Assembly: GCF_006345805.1 (NCBI RefSeq)
Contig: NW_021832281.1
Span: 68,853 to 132,852, forward strand
DNA length: 64,000 nucleotides
Direction: 5' to 3'
Origin: Octopus sinensis
Lineage: Eukaryota
This document shows, one piece after another, positions 22,278 to 34,261 of the stretch (position 1 is the first letter of the stretch; every line of letters begins with the position of its first letter). The translations under genes were made by a program, and so were the position numbers. The notes below the pieces were generated by a model that was not told the origin of the DNA, searched no databases, and saw only the letters and a program-made list of their open reading frames with translations.

Positions 22278-23061
22278 GAGAGCTGGCAGAAACGTTAGCA
22301 CGCCGGGCGAAATGCTTAGCGGTATTTCGTCTGCCGTTACGTTGTGAGTTCAAATTCCGCCGAGGTCGACTTTGCCTTTCATCCTTTCGGGGTTGATAAA
22401 TTAAGTACCAGTTATGCACTGGGGTCGATGTAATCGACTTAATACTTATGTCTGTCCTTGTTTGTCCCCTCTGTGTTTAGCCCCTTGTGGGTAGTAAAGA
22501 AATAGGTATTTCGTCTGTCTTTACGTTCTGAGTTCAAATTCCACCGAGGTCGACTTTGCCTTTCATCCTTTCGGGGTCGATAAATTAAGTACCAGTTACG
22601 CACTGGGGTCGATGTAATCGACTTAATACCTATGTCTGTCCTTGTTTGTCCGCTCTGTGTTTAGCCTCTTTTGGGTAATAAAGAAATAGGTATTTCGTCT
22701 GCCGCTACGTTCTGAGTTCAAATTCCGCCTAGGTCAACTTTGCCTTTCATCCTTTCGGGGTCGATAAATTAAGTACCAGTAACGAACTGGGGTAGATGTA
22801 ATCGACTTAATACCTATGTCTGTCCTTGTTTGTCCGCTCTGTGTTTAGCCCCTTGTGGGTAATAAAGAAATAGGTATTTCGTCTGCCGCTACGTTCTGAG
22901 TTCAAATTCCGCCGAGGTCGACTTTGCCTTTCATCCTTTCGGGGTTGATAAATTAAGTACCAGTTACGCACTGGGGTCGATGTAATCGACTTAATACCTA
23001 TGTCTGTCCTTGTTTGTCCGCTCTGTGTTTAGCCCCTTGTGGGTAATAAAGAAATAGGTAT
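22278..23061 (+). mobile_element. SINE family A, head + 4 tandem 184-bp bodies
   Basis: Bodies start at 22321, 22505, 22689 and 22873; each junction reads AAAGAAATA|GGTATTTCG. Confidence 0.9.
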
Positions 23062-25176
23062 CTGAGGAATATCATCTTTCATCATCTATTTCTTGTAGTT
23101 CAGGCTTTCAGCAGGGGAAGAGAAAAATCTTCAGGCATAAATGCTATTTACAGCTGGTTTATTTACAGGAAAGGTGAAGTATGCTGCTCTTGGCTACCAT
23201 CTTAAACTCAGATAGTGTGGGTGCGTAGCCACTGGAGATAGACAGGCAGAAAACTCTGCCAGCGTTCGTGTTCAGCCAATGCTGCTGTTGCTGTTGAGCG
23301 AACAGTCTTCGTCCCAGAGCTCGCAAGATGGGAGAAGTCCGAAACATGGTCCTTTGCTATTTGTGAGACCCGCAGAAGAGAAAGCAGGTCAACCCCCGAC
23401 ACCGACGGATGGATGAATGCGCATCCAGGCTCAGCGGTTGCGTAGGAAGTCGGGGACAAGAAACAGGAAGAAAGAGTGAGAGAAAGTTGGGGCGAAAGTG
23501 TACAACAGGGGTCGCCACCACTCCCTGCCGGAGCCTCTTGGAGCTTTAGGTATTTTCGCTCAATAAGCACACACAACGCCCGGTCTGGGAATCGAAATCG
23601 CGATCTTCCGACCATGAGTCCGCTGCCCTAACCACTGGGCCATTGCACCTCCACTGCTGTTTGTGTTAAGCGAACAGTTTTCATTCCAGAGCTCGCAAGA
23701 TGGGAGAAGTCCGAAACGTGGTCCTTTGCTATTTGTAAGACCCGCAGAAGAGAAAGCAGATCAAACCCAGACACCGAGAGCATCGACAGATGGACGAATG
23801 CGCATCCAGGCTCAGCGGTTGTGTAGGAAGTCGGGGACAAGAAACAGGAAGAAAGAGTGAGAGAAAGTTGGAGCGAAAGAGTACAACAGGGGTCATCACC
23901 ACTCCCTGCCGGAACCTCATGGAGCTTTAGGTGTTGTTGCTCAATAAACACACATAATGCCCAGTCTGAGAATCGAAACTGAGATCCTACAGCTGCGAAT
24001 CCGCTGCCCTAACCACTGGGCCATTGCACCTCCACTTGCTGTTGCTGTTCAGATTAAGCCATCATGTGATTCGATCTTCCAGAATCTTCCCCTTGTGACC
24101 TATAAAAAGGCTGCTTTTGGTGGTAATTAAAGGTAATTAATTGCAGCACGTTAGGCAGCAGAGACGTGTCTCCATTCTTGCTCCACCTGATGCTAGCGTG
24201 GCCGTTCGCCAGCTCGTCTGGCACCTGTGTCGGTGGCACATAAAAAGCACCATCCGTCCGTGGCCATTCACATGTATCGACAGGGAGACTTAGGTTAGAC
24301 ATCCTAAGGAGCCAATTGTGGCAGTCCATGATGATAGAAGATGGAGTTCGGTTTTAACATCAATGGAAATTGCAGCTGTGATACGAGTGCTGGTGGCACA
24401 TAAAAAGCACCGTCCGATTGTGGCCATTGCCAGCACCGCCCCAACTGGCCCCTGTGCCGGTGGCATGTAAAAAGCACCAATCCGATCGTGGCCGTTTGCC
24501 AGCCTCGTCTAGCCTCTGTGTCGGTGGCACATAAAAAGCACCCACTGCACTCATGGAGTGGTTGGCGTTAGGAAGGGCATCCAGCTGTAGAAACACTGCC
24601 AGATCAGACTGGGCCTGGGGCAGCCTTCTGGCTTCCCAGACCCCAGTTGAACCGTCCAACCCATGCTAGCATGGAAAGCGGACGTTAAACGATGATGATG
24701 ATGATGATGATGAAACAATCCAGGTAGGCAGCTAAGACAGATGGTGCAGATGGTTGACATGAACCTCTGTTGCCATGGATACAGAACAAGTGCTTCCAGT
24801 CGTGTTCAGCAAGCCACATGTTGCTGTATCAATAACGTGTCATAAACTCCAAGCAGTATTTTACTCCCACTCTGTAATTATTGCCGTTGCCAATAGTAAA
24901 ACGCTGGTACAGTTTGTCTTTATGTGTGGTAATAAATTTTTCTGTTAAAAGTTTACAGGTGTTGTTCATTTAGTTCTTTATGTGGCCCAAGAAACATATT
25001 TTCATTCAAGTATAGCTGCAGGAGTGGCTGTGTGGCAAGTAGCTTGCTTACCAACCACATGGTTCTGGGTTCAGTCCCACTGTGTGGTACCTTGGGCAAG
25101 TGTCTTCTACTATGGCCTCGGGCTGACCAAAGCCTTGTGAGTGGATTTGGTAGATGGAAACTGAAAGAAGCCTGTC

Positions 25177-25207
<31 letters not shown>

Positions 25208-25995
25208 GGAGTGGCTGTGTGGTAAGTAGCTTGCTTACCAACCACATGGTTCTGGGTTCAGTCCCACTGTGTGGTACCTTGGGCAAGTGTCTTCTACTAT
25301 AGCCTCAGCTGAGCTAAGCTTTGTGAGTGGATTTGGTAGACGGAAACAGAAAGAATCCCGTCGTATATATGTGTGTGTGTGTCCCAACATCGCTTAACAA
25401 CCAATACTAGTGTGTATATGTTCCCGTAACTTAGCAGTTCAGCAAAAGAGACCGATAGAATAATTACTAGGCATACACAGAATAAGTCCTGGGGTCGATT
25501 TCCTCGACTAAAGGTGGTGCTCCAGCATGGCTGTAGCCAAATGACTGAAACAAGTAAAGAAAGAGTAAAGAGCATATGTGTCTGTGTTTGCCCCCCCCCC
25601 CCAACATCGTTTGACAACCGATGCTGGTGTGTTTACGTCCCCGTAACTTAGCGGTTCGGTAAAAGAGACCGCTAGAATAAGTAGTGGGCTTACAAAGAAT
25701 AAGTCCTGGGGTCGATTTGCTCGACCAAAGGCGGTGCTCCAGCATGGGCACAGTCAAATGACTGAAACAAGTAAAAGTCAACTCTTTGCCAAATTTTGAG
25801 ATCATTCACATATCTTGTCTCTTGACAGACATAGTACCGAAGGCAGCTGATTGAATTCCACCTCCAACTCTTGCTAAGGACAGGTTCTTGGACAGCCTGA
25901 ACTAAACATTCACACACCACCTCATAAGTATCTGCTTCAAACGTAGCATGGTTTTTCCATCTCTCCCATTTTGTAATTATTGCCATTATTATCTG

Positions 25996-27193
25996 TAAAA
26001 GAATGTGTAGCGTAGCTGATATCCTCACTGTTTGGGAGATATATTAGAAATGATCTTGTGTTAGATAACAACCATCTTCGGCTATATAGACCCTGTTGTG
26101 TCCACTGCCCTGATTGGTTGACATTGGCACAGCTTGTCTCTTGATTTATTTCACCAACCAATCACAGCCTTCAGATAAGGTCCCATGACACAGTCTTTTT
26201 GGGGTTTCACTGGAACCTTTAGCAGGTTATATAAAGGCCCCAGCATTCATGATATCCCGTCTTTGGTTGTAGTCCTTCTCAGGGTTAACCTCTGACCACA
26301 GAGCTACTCAACCATGTTCCCGCAACACTGGTCAGAGGTTAGCCCTGAGAAGGACTACAACCAAAGACAGGATATCGTTAATGCTGGGGCCTTTATATAA
26401 CCTGCTAAAGGCTCCAGTGAAACCCCAGAAACACTGTGTCATGGGACGTTATCCGAAGACTGTGATTGGTTGACACACTGGCGTGAAATAAGTCAAGAGA
26501 CAAATTGTGCCAATGCCAACCAATCAGAGCAGTGGACACAACAGGGTCCAAAATAGCTGAAGATGGTTGTCATCTAACACAAGATCATTTTAATATATCT
26601 CTCAAGGCGGGGATGAGCTGGCAGAAACATTAGGACGCCGGGCGAAATGCTTAGCGGTACTTTGTCTGCCATTACATTGTGAGTTCAAATTCCACCGAGG
26701 TAGACTTTACCTTTCATCCATTCAGGGTCGATTAAACAAGTACCAGTTACGCACTGGGGGTCGATGTAATCGACTTGATCCCCTTGTTTGTCCCCTCTAT
26801 GTTTAGCTCCCTTGGGGGCAATAAAGAAATAAATATATATAAAAGCACAATCCGTTCATGTCCATTGCCAGCCTTGCCTGGCCCCCGAGCCGGTAGCACG
26901 TAAAAGCACCATCCATTCGTGGCCGTTTGCCAGCTCCATCAGGCACCTGTGCGGGTGGCACATAAAAAGCACCCACTACATTCACGGAGTGGTTGGCGTT
27001 AAGAAGGGCATCCAGCCATAGAAACACTGCCAGATCTGACTGGGCCTGATGCAGCCTTCCGGCTTCCCAGACCCCAGTTGCACCGTCCAACCCATGCTAG
27101 CATGGAAAGCGGACGTTAAACGATGATGATGATGATGATGATGATGATATCTCTCAAACAGTGAGGATGTCAGCTATGCTACAAATGTTTTTA
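25996..27193. repeat. Long palindrome (about 300-bp arms, 30-bp spacer); right arm interrupted by a 540-bp retro-insertion
   Basis: 25996-26298 is the reverse complement of 26329-26605 + 27158-27193. Confidence 0.88.
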
Positions 27194-27225
27194 GGCTTAC
27201 CAATGTCATGCTTTGTATGAATTCA

Positions 27226-27386
27226 GACAGCGAATGTTTGCCAGGGTTCACCAATGGTGCTGTCTGTGAAACACATCTCTCACCATGTAAACAACGAGTG
27301 CATAATGCATGTGTTTATTGTGCATCATGGTGAGAAATGTGTTTCACAGACAGCACCATTGGTGAACGCTGGCAAACACTGCTGTC
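27226..27386. repeat. Hairpin element with about 60-bp arms and a 40-nt loop (MITE-like)
   Basis: GACAGCGAATGTTTGCCAG..TTCACCAATGGTGCTGTCTGTGAAACACAT..CTCACCATG followed by its near-perfect reverse complement. Confidence 0.85.
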
Positions 27387-27531
27387 ATCATCGTCAGCCC
27401 AACCTTTTCATATCTCTGCGACGATCCAGTCTTTCTTACAGAAGACTTCCAGCCAGTTCTGTCATTTACTTTCCATGCCATTCAGTTACATGTTTAATTT
27501 CTCTTCTGTCTCATCTACCAAAATTCTCTAA

Positions 27532-28415
27532 GGTGGCGAGCTGGCAGAAACATTAGCACGCTGGGCGAAATGCTTAAGTACCAGCTACACACTGGGGTCA
27601 ATATAATCGACTTAATCCCTTTGTCTGTCCTTGTTTGTCCCCTCTGTGTTTAGCCCCTTGTGGGTAGTAAAGAAATAGGTATTTGGTCTGCCGTTACATT
27701 CTGAGTTCAAATTCCGCCGGGGGTCGACTTTGCCTTTCATCCTTTCAGGGTCGATTAAATAAGTACCAGTTACGCACTGGGGTCGATGTAATCGACTTAA
27801 TACCTATGTCTGTCCTTGTTTGTCCCCTCTGTGTTTAGCCCCTTGAGGGTAGTAAAGAAATAGGTATTTCGTCTGCCGTTACATTCTGAGTTCAAATTCC
27901 GCCGAGGTCGACTTTGCCTTTCATCCTTTCGGGGGTCGATTAAATAAGTACCAGTTAGGCACTGGGGCCCATATAATCGACTTAATACCTTTGTCTGTCC
28001 TTCTTTGTCCCCTCTGTGTTTAGCCCCTTGTGGGTAGTAAAGAAATAGGTATTTCGTCTGCCGCTACGTTCTGAGTTCAAATTCCGCCGGGGTCGACTTT
28101 GCCTTTCATCCTTTCGGGGTCGATAAATTAAGTACCAGTTACGCACTGGGGTCGATGTAATCGACTTAATACCTATGTCTGTCCTTGTTTGTCCCCTCTG
28201 TGTTTAGCCCCTTGTGGGTAGTAAAGAAATAGGTATTTCGTCTGTCTTTAAGTTCTGAGTTCAAATTCCGCCGAGGTCGACTTTGCCTTTCATCCTTTCG
28301 GGGTCGATAAATTAAGTACCAGTTACGCACTGGGGTCGATATAATCGACTTAATCCGTTTGTCTGTCCTTGTTTGTCCCCTCTGTGTTTAGCCCCTTGTG
28401 GGTAGTAAAGAAATA
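27532..28415 (+). mobile_element. SINE family A, head + 1 internally deleted body + 4 full tandem bodies
   Basis: Full bodies start at 27678, 27863, 28048 and 28232, with the same junction. Confidence 0.9.
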
Positions 28416-28422
28416 GATACTA

Positions 28423-28636
28423 CTAGCGAACAGTGCTCCCGGTGCGCGCACTCGCGTAACCGCTCCAGATAGTCGTGACTAGTCGATCCTTACTTTGTGT
28501 TTTGTGTTTTATTTACTTTGTGTAAAAAAATTATTTATTTTGTGTTTCATTTACTTTGCTAGGTAGTCGTTGTAGGATCGACTAGTCACGACTAGCTAGC
28601 GCGGGTGCGCGCAGCAGCGGGACCACTGTTCGCTAG
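28423..28636. mobile_element. CpG-rich MITE with about 65-70 bp imperfect TIRs and TA on both flanks (Tc1/mariner-type)
   Basis: TA|CTAGCGAACAGTG...TAGTCGTGACTAGTCGATCCT ... AGGATCGACTAGTCACGACTA...CACTGTTCGCTAG|TA. Confidence 0.75.
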
Positions 28637-29734
28637 TAGAACCAATTCTCTCTTCTTTGTACGTTTATGTGGAATCGCAGCAAAAGTGTGAAATTCAAAA
28701 ACGTAGAAAGAAATGCTGACGCAATTCATTTGACGATGCAAGGGAAATAACTCTTTAAATTTGGTTCGAGTTGCCTCCCCTGAAAATCAGCCCTTTTCCC
28801 GCTAATTTCGTCCTTATTATTGTTGTTGCTCGTCCTGCGACAATTAGAGTGGCGCGTGCGCGCGTATATTTGTGCATGTGTCTGGTTTCTTCACGCATTT
28901 TCCCGTCCCCCCGGGCTTTTGGTCGACCCGAGGCTATAAGAGAAGAGACGCAATTGGCTGAATGCGAAGCCACGTGGAGGCACAACACGCACGCAAATAC
29001 ACACACACAGACACACATACACACACATACACGCGCACTAGCGTAGCTCGGAGGGGCGGTAGGGCGGTCCTCCCCGGGCACGAAATTTTACTTTTTCACG
29101 AGAGTTCCGGACCCTAGTAAGGAACTCATTTGCATACGGCCAGCCAGAGCTTAGCTTGACCATGTCCACTTAACAAACACACTCTACCGAGTAAACTCAA
29201 GACGAAGAACGGTGTTGTACGTCGACCGGTCGCCAAGTTTTGCCTGATTTTAGAAGGGGACAAGTAATTGGAGACATTATGCCTGTTATCGGATTTTGTT
29301 GGGGCCCCAAATGGTAAAGACGTGGATGGAAAATATAATAATAATAATAATAATAATAATAAAACACTGTGTACAGTGCTCAGGTGCACTACAACTCATC
29401 TAAAGTGTATGCATAATCAGGTGTAGTTTGGGAGGATTTCGGAAAGCATATATATATATGTGTGTGTGTGTATTTCCAGGATACTCATATGTATACACAC
29501 ACACACATTATATAAATGTATATCAAATATATTTCAATGTTCAGTCAAGAAATAAAATATACAGTGAAGTATATATAAAGTGTCTCATATGTTAGGCAGT
29601 TCTTCATGTTATATTCTTGCATAAATGTTATCATACTTACGTAAGTCTTCATAAATAGTAGAAACATATGTTGTACATCTATAGTTCTGTCTCTTTCTTT
29701 CTATATACACATACACACATACAAGTATGTGTGT

Positions 29735-30060
29735 ATATATAATAATAAAACATTGTGTACAGTGCCCAGGTGCACTACAACTCATCTAAAGTGTATATAT
29801 AATCAGGTGTAGGTTCGGCGGATTTCGGAAAGCATGAGGGCCTTAAAGGATGCAGTGCCATGGCAGTCAACAACTGATGCAGGCAGTTTGTTCCATGCTT
29901 CAGAAACTCTGAGCGTGAAAAAATGTTTCCGAAAGTCATGGAAGGAGCTGTGCTGTTTTCTGACTTTGTAGGCATGTCCACGTGTGTATGTGGGCAGAGG
30001 GTGATGTGCTAGCGAACTTCTTCCCTGACAAAGTAAACAACAACACAAATAATTACGCAG
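29735..30060 (-). mobile_element. CR1-clade LINE 3' end
   Basis: TRGHAYKVRKQHS..FRKHFFTLRVSEAWNKLPASVV..HGTASFKA matches the CR1 ORF2 C-terminus, followed by the 3' UTR and an (ATT)n tail. Further tails at 29340-29450(-), 32855-32995 and 33410-33482. Confidence 0.85.
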
Positions 30061-31077
30061 AGGTAGCCATGGTTGGAACCAGAACAACAACATGAAGCAT
30101 TATTAAAAGAGAAAAGAAGTATGGTCATTCCTTACCCGAGTGACCTTCTCTTATCGCCCATCACTCGTTATGCGCTTCTAATTAGTTGAGCTCTGATTGG
30201 CTGTATGCAAATGAGTTCACAGCTAGGGTCAGGAACTCTCGCGAGGAAAAAAAGTTTGTGCCCCAGACGGCACTTTTGGGTCTGTTGTAGCCAGTATGTG
30301 TTTTTTGTGGGGGTCCTAGGGCGGCAAACGGAAATTTCCCTTCAGGCGGCACACGCTAGTGAACACGCGCTCTCACACACACGTGCACGTAGGGTCTGGT
30401 TTTCGCGTTTTTTATTATGGTATTTCAACATTATAGACGCAAGAGTGGCTGTGTGGTAAGTAGCTTGATTACCTACCACATGATTCTGGGTTCAGTCCCA
30501 CTGCGTGGCACCTTGGGCAAGTGTATTCTACTATAGCCTCGGGCCGACCAAGGCCTTGTGAGTGGATTTGGTAGACGGAAACTGAAAGAAGCCTGTCGGA
30601 TATATATGTGTGTGTCTGTGTTTGTCCCCCTAGCATCGCTTGATAACCGATGCTGGTGTGTTTATATCCCCGTAACTTATTGGTTCGGCAAAAGAGACCG
30701 ATAGAATAAGTACTGGGCTTACAAAGAATAAGTCCTGGGGTCGATCTGCTCGACTAAAGGCGGTGCTCCAGCATGGCCACGGCCAAATGACTGAAACAAG
30801 TAAAAGAGTAAAAGAGTATTATAACATTAAAAAAATTATTTTAGGTGCAGGAGTGGTTGTATGGTAAGTAGCATGGTTCTGGGTTCAGTCCCACTGCGTG
30901 GCACCTTGGGCAAGTGTCTTCTACTATAGCCTCGGGCCGACCAAATCCTTGTGAGTGGATTTGGTAGACGGAAACTGAAAGAAGCCCGTCGTATATATGT
31001 ATATATGTATATATGTATCAAATAAAATTAAAAGCAGAACACAAAAGATATCGCGGTACACGTGTTTCAAGCCTTAT

Positions 31078-31418
31078 CGGGATAGGAACCCCTTTCGGTC
31101 ACGACATTGACCATGGGATTGCACCTAGAAAGTTACCCTCCTAGTCACAAGTCTGGGCAAGGTTGTTTTATGGGAGACCAGCAGTCGCCCATGCATACCA
31201 GCCTCCCCTCTCCACGCCACCAGTGTTATCCAAGGGAAAGATAAAGGTCGATACAGCTTGGCATCTGTGATGTCGCAACTCATCTCTACAGCTGAGTGAA
31301 CTGGAGCAACGTGAAATAAAGTGTCTTGCTCAAGAACACAACACGCAGCCCGGTCCGGGATTCGAGCTCACAACCTCACGATTGTAAGCTCGATGCTCTA
31401 ACCACTGAGCCATGCGCC
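31078..31418 (-). mobile_element. tRNA-derived SINE 'family E', full length, with a 12-bp target-site duplication
   Basis: Minus strand GGCGCATGGCTCAGTGGTTAGAGC...GAGCTCGAATCCC; TTCAAGCCTTAT at 31066-31077 and 31419-31430. Confidence 0.85.
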
Positions 31419-33183
31419 TTCAAGCCTTATAAACAATCTGTTATTACATCAGTATATTATTGATATAAAAGATGGTTTAAAGCTCTCTTCACCTGCAAAC
31501 ATTGTTGGTCCACACATATATACATATATATGAGTGTTTGTATGTGTTCGTCCCCTGCCACAACTATCGCTTGACAACCGATGCTGGTGTGTTTATGTCC
31601 CCGTAACTTGGGCCAGTGTCTTCTACAATAGCCTCAGGCCGACCGAAGCCTTGTCAGTGGATTTGGTAGACGGAAACTGAAAAGAAGCCCGTTGTATATA
31701 TGTATATATGTGTGTGTGTGTTTGACAACTGATGCTGGTGTGTTTAAAATCCCCCCGTAACTTAGCAGTTCGGCAAAAGAGACCACTAGAATAAGTACTA
31801 GGCTTACAAAGAATAAGTTCTGGGGTTGATTTGCTCGACTAAAGGCGGTGCTCCAGCATGGCCACAGTCAAATGACTGAAACAAATAAAAGAATAATGCT
31901 CCTAAAGTTGAATTAGCCTTTTCCGGAGTGGTTGGCATTAGGAAGGGCATCCAGCCGTAGAAACACTGCCAGATCAGACTGGAGCCTGGTGCAGCCTTCT
32001 GGCTTCCCAGACCCCAGTTGAACCGTCCAACCCATGCTAGCATGGAAAGCGGACGTTAAACGATGATGATGATGATGAGTGTGCTCATCAGATTTCAAAT
32101 GTGTTTAACGACTTCTTGTGGAGTTTTTTACTGATAGAAATAATGAGAATGACGAATCCTTACTCTTTTACTTGTTCCAGTCATTTGACTGCGGCCATGC
32201 TGGAGCACCGCCTTTAGTCGAGCAAACCGACCCCCAGGACTTATTCTTTGTAAGCCTAGTACTTATTCTATCGGTCTCTTTTGCCGACCTGCTAAGTTAC
32301 GGGGACGTAAACACACCAGCATCGGTTGTCAACTGATGCAAGGGGAACAAACACGGACACACAGACACACACACATCCATATATATATGTACATATATCT
32401 ATCTATATGCTCTTTTACTTGTTACGGTCATTTAACTGCGGCCATGCTGGAGCACCACCTTTAGTCGAGCAAATCGACCCCCAGGACTTATTCTTTGGAA
32501 GCCTAGTACTTATTCTATCAGTCTCTTTTGCTGAACTGCTTAGAGGTGACTTAATCGAACATATCAGGGGCTCCCCTTCTTGAAGCTTCTTTCTTGACTG
32601 ATCCTTCCTACCATTGAAGTGCAGCTTCTGTCACAGTACTTGCTTACCAAGAGGGTGGCTCAGCACCCTGCATTTCTGTTGTTTTCCTTTCGCCACTGAT
32701 GCTTCTCAACTTCTTTGCTTCTATAGCTGCTCCCTAGCGAAGCAGTTCCTTCCTTCACCACTGTCCTCCATGTTCTTCTGTCCTCAGCCCCCTCTTCCTA
32801 GGTGCCGACATCCACCTCACACATGGACAAACATCCTTCAAAATTTCCATGCTTTCTGAGATTCGCCAACACTACACCTGATTTCCTCCCCTCCATACAC
32901 ACACAAGCATGTATCTGACTCATACATTGTTCGCTTTCCAAACATTTCTACATTATACGCACTTTCTGACAAGTTGTGGTACACCTGAGCACTCTTTTAC
33001 TCTTTTACTTGTTTCAGTCCTTTGACTGTGGCCATGCTGGAGCACCGCCTTTTAATCAAGCAACTCGACACCAGTACTTATTCTATTGGTTTCTTTTGCC
33101 AAACCGCTAAGTGACGGGGACGTAAACACACCAGCATCGGTTGTCAAGCAATGCTAGGGGGATAAACACAGGCACACAACCAT

Positions 33184-33246
<63 letters not shown>

Positions 33247-33484
33247 ATATACGACAGGCTTCTTTCGGTTTCCGTCTACCAAATCCACTAACAAGGTATT
33301 GGTTGACCCGGGGCTATAGCAGAAGACACTTGCCCAAGTTGCCACGCAGTGGGACTGAACCCGGAACCATGTGGTTGGTAAACAAGCTTCTTACCACACA
33401 GCCACTCCTGCACCTATACGCACTTTCTGACAAGTTGTGGTACACCTGAGCACTGTATGCAATAATTTCATTATTATTATTAAA

Positions 33485-33690
33485 CTAGTTTTGCAAGTGC
33501 CCTTATACCTCAGTTTTGGCCTTCCTCTTGGTCTCTTGCCCTGGGCCAGTTCTCCATAGAGCAGATGCTTCAGGATTCGATGGTCATCCAGTCTCCTAAT
33601 ATGCCCCACCCACCTGTCTTCTCATACAAAAGATAGCTGTCATGCTTTGAAGATTCGCCTGGGCCGGCACTTCAACATTGGTGACCTTGT
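33485..33690 (-). mobile_element. RTE (BovB-like) LINE ORF2 C-terminal fragment
   Basis: GHIRRLDDHRILKHLLYGELAQGKRPRGRPKLRYKGTCK matches the RTE motif GH..RM.D.R.PK..LYGEL..G.R..GRP..RYKD. Confidence 0.85.
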
Positions 33691-33855
33691 ATAATATATA
33701 CTCTTTTACTTGCTTCAGTCATTTGACTGTGGCCATGCTGGAGCACTGCCTTTAGTCGAGCAAATCGACCCCAGGACTTATTCTTTGTAAGCCTAGTACT
33801 TATTCTATCGGTCTCTTTTGCCGAACAGCTAAGTTACGGTGATATAACCACACCA

Positions 33856-34261
33856 AGGGCAGAAACGTTAGCACCCCGGGCGAAATGCTAAGCAGTATTT
33901 CGTCTGTCGTTACATTCTGAGTTCAAATTCCGCAGAGGTCGACTTTGCCTTTTATCCTTTCGGGGTCGATAAATTAAGTACCAGTTATGCACTGGGGTCG
34001 ATATAATCGACTTAATCCGTTTGTCTGTCCTTGTTTGTCCCCTCTATGTTTAGCCCCTTGTGGATAGTAAAGAAATAGGTATTTCGTCTGTCTTTATGTT
34101 CTGAGTTCAAATTCCGCCGAGGTCGACTTTGCCTTTCATCCTTTCGGGGTCGATAAATTAAGTACCAGTTACGCACTGGGGTCAATGTAATCGACTTAAT
34201 CCGTTTGTCTGTCCTTGTTTGTCCTCTCTATGTTTAGCCCCTTGTGGGTAGTAAAGAAATA
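33856..34261 (+). mobile_element. SINE family A, head + 2 bodies, inserted in a family B copy with a 15-bp TSD
   Basis: GATATAACCACACCA at 33841-33855 and 34262-34276. Confidence 0.88.

Noticed and set aside
25690-26028. 112-aa ORF (…WERWKNHATFEADTYEVVCECLVQ…)
   Set aside because: It starts in a palindrome arm and ends in a SINE; no motif recognised and no splice signals.
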